NCBI GenBank assembly: GCA_017471345.1
Contig: JAFUUV010000002.1
Location: forward strand, 1 to 49,479
DNA: 49,479 nucleotides
Origin: Ruminococcus sp.
Lineage (GTDB): Bacteria > Bacillota > Clostridia > Oscillospirales > Acutalibacteraceae
Reading direction: 5' to 3'
Positions 49,313 to 49,479 of this stretch are shown piece by piece. The notes below the pieces were generated by a model, which saw only the letters and a list, made by a program, of their open reading frames with translations, was not told the DNA's origin and did not search any database. Within the stretch, counting starts at the first letter, position 1; the number at the start of each line of letters is the position of its first letter. A program made the position numbers and the translations under genes.

Positions 49313-49345
49313 AGAACCGGCTTGTAAAAACCGGTTCTTTTTTCT
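49313..49345 (+). terminator. Rho-independent terminator (target of the intron insertion)
   Basis: agaaccgg-cttgtaaaaa-ccggttct followed by tttttct. Confidence 0.8.
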
Positions 49346-49479
49346 GTGCGCCCGACGGCGCACGTTTCTAAAGGGTGAAAGTCCCGAATCCGCCCGACAG
49401 CGGGAAGGATATAGCCGAACACCAAGGGTGTCCGCCGTGAGGCGGAATCTGAAGGAAGGTGCAGGCAAACCTGTGGTCT
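49346..49479 (+). mobile_element. Group II intron, class IIC, 5' end of domain I (truncated by the window edge)
   Basis: Starts GTGCGCCC directly after a terminator; contains AGGGTGAAAGTCCCGAA, CAAGGGTGTCC, GGAATCTGAAGGAAG and GGCAAACC...GGTCT, matching the domain I motif order of IIC introns such as the Oceanobacillus iheyensis intron. Confidence 0.9.

Overview
Chromosomal window from a GC-rich, starch-associated Oscillospiraceae/Ruminococcus-like Firmicute (taxonomy inferred from the dockerin type, malQ-glgP and gene order). Left to right it holds: the start of an rnfCDGE operon (minus strand); a cell-wall-anchored protein; malQ-glgP; a large LRR/repeat/dockerin protein; the origin-type cluster rpmH-rnpA-yidD-yidC-jag-mnmE-mnmG-rsmG-noc-parA-parB-serS with two parS sites but no adjacent dnaA; a MITE-like palindrome; a five-gene accessory operon (24735-37702); a GT2/YfhO glycosylation pair; a REP doublet; two more transglutaminase-like genes; pyrK-pyrD; an AraC regulator; a G5/3D protein; a lipoprotein; and the 5' end of a class IIC group II intron inserted right after a terminator. 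The accessory operon is the best candidate for an undescribed system. It encodes a membrane-anchored vWA protein, a 1189-aa tubulin/FtsZ-like GTPase, a coiled-coil 2-TM protein, a 1304-aa membrane protein that fuses an apparently inactive SF2-helicase fold to a plant-DA1-like Zn-finger/HEXXH peptidase, and a transglutaminase-like lipoprotein. All domain calls come from motif reading by eye, not from database searches.
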